DNA of 64,000 nucleotides from an uncultured Acidobacteriota bacterium. Lineage in GTDB: Bacteria > Acidobacteriota > Thermoanaerobaculia > UBA5066. The DNA lies in contig CAVZYA010000001.1 in assembly GCA_963779415.1 (NCBI GenBank), positions 2,112,001 to 2,176,000 on the forward strand, read 5' to 3'. The position numbers and the translations under genes were made by a program. Each line of letters starts with the position of its first letter. Position 1 is the stretch's first letter. Under the pieces are notes generated by a model, which had not been told where the DNA came from, did not search any database, and saw only the letters and a list, made by a program, of their open reading frames with translations. Shown here in pieces: positions 60,800 through 64,000 of the stretch.

Positions 60800-61450
60800 T
60801 CACTCGCAGCAATGCCGGTGCGTCCGCGAGAGCACGGCAGTGGCTCTCGCGGACGCCCGGGCGAGACCATCACGCGACGCGGAGGCCCGCTGGAGCTCGC
60901 GCGCTTCGCTGCGCACCCAGCTCGAGGTCACGATGCGCGTGATTCCGTTGAACAGGACGCCTGCGCCGACCATCGTCCCGATCGCCCAGACCGAGCTGAA
61001 CGGCCACTGCGCGAGGATCAGGATCCCGAGGAGCAGGCTGACGAGGCCGCTCAGGAAGAACCAGCCGCGGCCGGCCCCCTGGGAGCCGAGAAGCCGAGGA
61101 CCGTCTCGACGACGGCCTCGGTGATCAGCATCACCCCGAGCACCGCGGTGAGCGTCAGCGACGCCCATGCCCGGCAGAACGCGATGAGGCAGAGCCCGGC
61201 GACGCCATAGAGGAGGCCGAGCAGGAGCTTGAGAAAGAAGCTGCCCGGCGGTGGGCGAGCGTGAACGCGAAGACGAGCTGCGCGACGCGCGGCGACGAGG
61301 AGCGCCGCTCCGAAAAAGACGGTGGAGAGCGGCGGCGGTCGCGAGCGGGTAGATGATCATGACGGCGCCGACGGCGGCCGTCAGGATGCCCATGAAGATG
61401 CTCCAGCCGGCGTGCTTGGAGACTTCCCGGGAGAGCGTTTCCGTGGTCAT
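60800..61450 (-). CDS. HdeD/DUF308 family membrane protein (frameshifted, 3' end uncertain)
   Basis: WSIFMGIL...YP, GWFFLSGLVSLLLG...QWPFSSVWAIGTMVG. Confidence 0.75.
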   Translation of the reverse strand: MTTETLSREVSKHAGWSIFMGILTAAVGAVMIIYPLATAAALHRLFRSGAPRRRASRSSSSRSRSPTAGQLLSQAPARPPLWRRRALPHRVLPGMGVADAHRGARGDADHRGRRRDGPRLLGSQGAGRGWFFLSGLVSLLLGILILAQWPFSSVWAIGTMVGAGVLFNGITRIVTSSWVRSEARELQRASASRDGLARASARATAVLSRTHRHCCE

Positions 61451-61492
61451 GACAAATTCTCCTCTTGTATCTCTCTGTTGTATTTCTTGGTT

Positions 61493-62213
61493 TCAGACGC
61501 GGGTGTGCGCCAGGTCCTTGAGGGCCCGGCCGGCGGCGGCGGCGTTCTTCTTGAGGATTTCTCTCTTCGCTTTCTGGCGCGCTTCGAACGCGTCGTGCTG
61601 CTGTTTGGCCTTCTCGAGCTGCGCGTCCACCTTCGCCTGGAGCTGATCGATCTTCTTCTGGAGCTTCGCGCGCCGGTCGGCCTGGGCCTTCGAGATCTCG
61701 CTCTTGAGCTGCTTGAGATCCGCCTTCATCGCGCCGATCTCCTCGTCGCGCACGGTCTTCCTCACGTCCCACAGAGCGCGGCGGAGCACGGTCCCGCCGA
61801 GCGCCTCCATCCGCGTGTCGACGGGCGTCGTCCAGTCTTCCTCCACCTCCGCGACGACCGCGACCTTGTTCGGCGTCAGCGACTTCGAGACGTCGTCGAG
61901 GAAGTCCCCGCCGACGCGGGCGTTGTCGACGTCGGAGAGCGCGCCGAGCGCGAGACCCGACGCCGCCCCGATGGCCACGCCCACCGGTCCCCCGAGGAGC
62001 CCGATCAGGCCCCCGACGGCCGTACCCGCCAGCGAGCCGAACGGTCCAGTCCGGCTCGACCTGCTTGAGGCTGACGGTGCCCTCCGCGTGCTTCACGATC
62101 ACCGCCCGCTCGTAGATCGTGAGGAGGCCTTCGCGCTCCAGCTGCTTGAGGGCCGATTCGCCCTCATAGGCCTTCTTCTCGTTGTCGAACACCACGACCA
62201 GCATCCGTTCCAT
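61493..62213 (-). CDS. DUF1269-like membrane protein with coiled-coil tail (frameshift near 62050)
   Basis: MLVVVFDNEKKAYEG, glycine zipper GLIGLLGGPVG, DFLDDV, EEDWTTPVDTRM. Confidence 0.8.
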
Positions 62214-62251
62214 TTCCGTTTCTCCTTTCGGGTCCGTCGGTAAAGAGCGCG

Positions 62252-62527
62252 TCACTCGGAGTCGCCGAGCCTCTCCCTCTCCAGGAGGACCCAGGCGCGG
62301 ACGTACGGCGGAAGGTTGCGGAGCGCGAGGCCTCCCCGTTCGACCGCCGCGAGGAAGCGGACCGCGTCGAGATCGACGAGTTCCACCTCCTGGAGGTCGA
62401 GGGCGACGGGGTTCGGCATCTCCGCGATCAGGGCCTTCAGTTGTTGGACGTCCGGCGAGGCGATCCTCCCGACGAGCTTGAGAAGCGTCGGCGAGTCGTT
62501 CGGGGCGGGCTCAATCCTCAAAACCAT
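62252..62527 (-). CDS. small STAS-like protein
   Basis: LKLVGRI...LDLQEVELVDLDAVRFL...NLPPYVRAW. Confidence 0.75.
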   Translation of the reverse strand: MVLRIEPAPNDSPTLLKLVGRIASPDVQQLKALIAEMPNPVALDLQEVELVDLDAVRFLAAVERGGLALRNLPPYVRAWVLLERERLGDSE

Positions 62528-62541
62528 CGATTGCCTCTAGG

Positions 62542-62557
62542 GCAACCGGGGTGCCAA
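62542..62557 (-). promoter_or_regulatory. sigma54 -24/-12 promoter
   Basis: Minus strand TTGGCACCCCGGTTGC, exact TGGCAC-N5-TTGC consensus, just upstream of ATG 62527. Confidence 0.8.
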
Positions 62558-62691
62558 CGTGAAGCCGTTGAACTGAATCGACTTGAGCGGGAGCCCGATG
62601 GCGAACCTCGGCAATTGGCGGGTTTCGACACCGCCATTCGCGCGGCCCGTCCCAGCACGTCTTCAACCCCTCATCGCGTCGTGCCGTCACG

Positions 62692-62706
62692 TGGCCCGCC
62701 CTTTGC
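62692..62706 (+). promoter_or_regulatory. sigma54 -24/-12 promoter upstream of ftsH
   Basis: TGGCCCGCCCTTTGC (GG-N10-GC, one mismatch to consensus). Confidence 0.62.
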
Positions 62707-62736
62707 GAAGGCGCGCGGAGAGAGACCTGGGGGTAG

Positions 62737-64000
62737 ATGATGAACGCACCTGAATCGTCACCACGAAAGCCCGTCCCGAAGATGAAAAGAAGCGCCAGGA
62801 GCAGAGCCGGCGACAGTTTCGGTTCACGATCAGCTACGTGCTCTCGAGCCTCGTCGGCCTGTGGCTGTTCCAGCAGCTCGTCTTGGCGCCGCTGACCAAG
62901 GGCACGGAGATTCCGTACAGCGAGTTCAAGACACAGCTGGCTGCCGGTCAGATCGCGAAAGTCACCATCGGCGCACGGGGCATCGTCGGGGAGATGAAGA
63001 ACCCGAACCGGGCGGAACTCCTCCCGTCGTCCCTTTCAATACGGTCTCCGCGCCCGCCGGCGACCCGAAGCTCATCGAGGAGTTACAGACCGCCAAGGTC
63101 ACGTATCACTTCGAGCGGCCGCCGAACTGGCTGGGTGGGCTCCTGCTGAACCTTCTGCCGCTCGTGCTCCTCGGCAGTTTCTGGTACATGGCATACCGGC
63201 GAGGGGGCGGGGCCGCAGGCGGCGGGCTGGGCGGCATCTTCGGGGTCGGCAAGAGCAAGGCCACCGAGGTCAAGCCCGAAGACGTCGGCGTCACTTACAA
63301 GGATGTCGGCGGGGCCGACGAGGCCATCGCCGAGCTGCAGGAAATCATCCAGTTTCTGAAGACGCCCGAGAAATTTGCCAGCCTGGGCGGGCGCATCCCC
63401 AAGGGCGTCCTGCTGGTCGGGCCTCCCGGGCACCGGCAAGACGCTGCTGGCCAAGGCGACGGCCGGCGAAGCCGCAGGTGCCTTCTTCGAGACCAGCGGC
63501 TCCGAGTTCGTCGAGATGTTCGTCGGCGTGGGCGCGGCGCGCGTGCGCGACCTGTTCGAGAAGGCGCGCAAGGTTGCGCCGGCGATCGTCTTCATCGACG
63601 AGATCGACGCCATCGGCCAGAGCCGGCGGAGGCGTGATGCGCCTGGGCGCCAACGACGAGCGCGAGCAGACCCTCAACCAGTTACTGGCCGAGATCGACG
63701 GCTTCAACACCGACATCAACCACCCGTGATCATCATGGCCGCCACCAACCGGCCGGAGGTGCTCGACCCGGCCTTGCTGCGCGCCGGCCGCTTCGACCGC
63801 CAGGTGGCGGTCGGCAACCCGGACCTGACCGGCCGGATCCAGATCCTGAGCATCCACAGCAAGAACGTCACGCTGGCGCCCGATTTCGACCTGGAGCGGG
63901 CGGCGCGCATCACGCCGGGCTTCAGCGGGGCCGACCTGGCCAACGTCATGAACGAGGCCGCCTTGCTGGCGGCTCGCCGCAAGGCCGAGGCGGTCACGAT
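62737..64000 (+). CDS. ftsH: ATP-dependent zinc metalloprotease FtsH paralog (several frameshifts, 3' truncated by window)
   Basis: IPYSEFK, two TM helices, [64 protein letters not shown]. Confidence 0.92.

Overview
High-GC bacterial chromosomal segment with about 46 genes. The Hanks-type Ser/Thr kinases, TIGR02999-type ECF sigma factor and secreted-protein families suggest Acidobacteriota, possibly Thermoanaerobaculia (inference). I saw no rRNA, tRNA, CRISPR array, integrase or transposase. Main contents: four Ser/Thr kinases plus a 42-codon kinase relic; a GH36 glycosidase; a heme-c DUF3365-HAMP sensor with no output domain directly upstream of a soluble kinase; a DUF1800-DUF1501 pair; an IorA/IorB-like molybdoenzyme; an NO-detoxification module (qNor, Ric, Crp/Fnr regulator); a TonB-dependent receptor, ClC channel, radical SAM enzyme, M13 peptidase and two OmpA-domain proteins; an ECF-kinase pair facing three secreted-protein genes; a kinase flanked by a 510-bp direct repeat of an MFS gene 3' part; a lone primase-helicase fusion with a degenerate TOPRIM domain; a metallophosphoesterase/PLD/lipase operon; a hybrid histidine kinase; a sigma54-type small-gene cluster; and a partial ftsH. 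Non-coding signals include three copies of an ECF-type promoter (GTCAACCG-N14-GCGT), one Crp/Fnr-type palindrome symmetric to two divergent -10 elements, and divergent sigma54 promoters. Most genes beyond ~53.8 kb are frameshifted, probably from long-read indel errors rather than decay. All family calls are motif recognition by eye; no database search was run.
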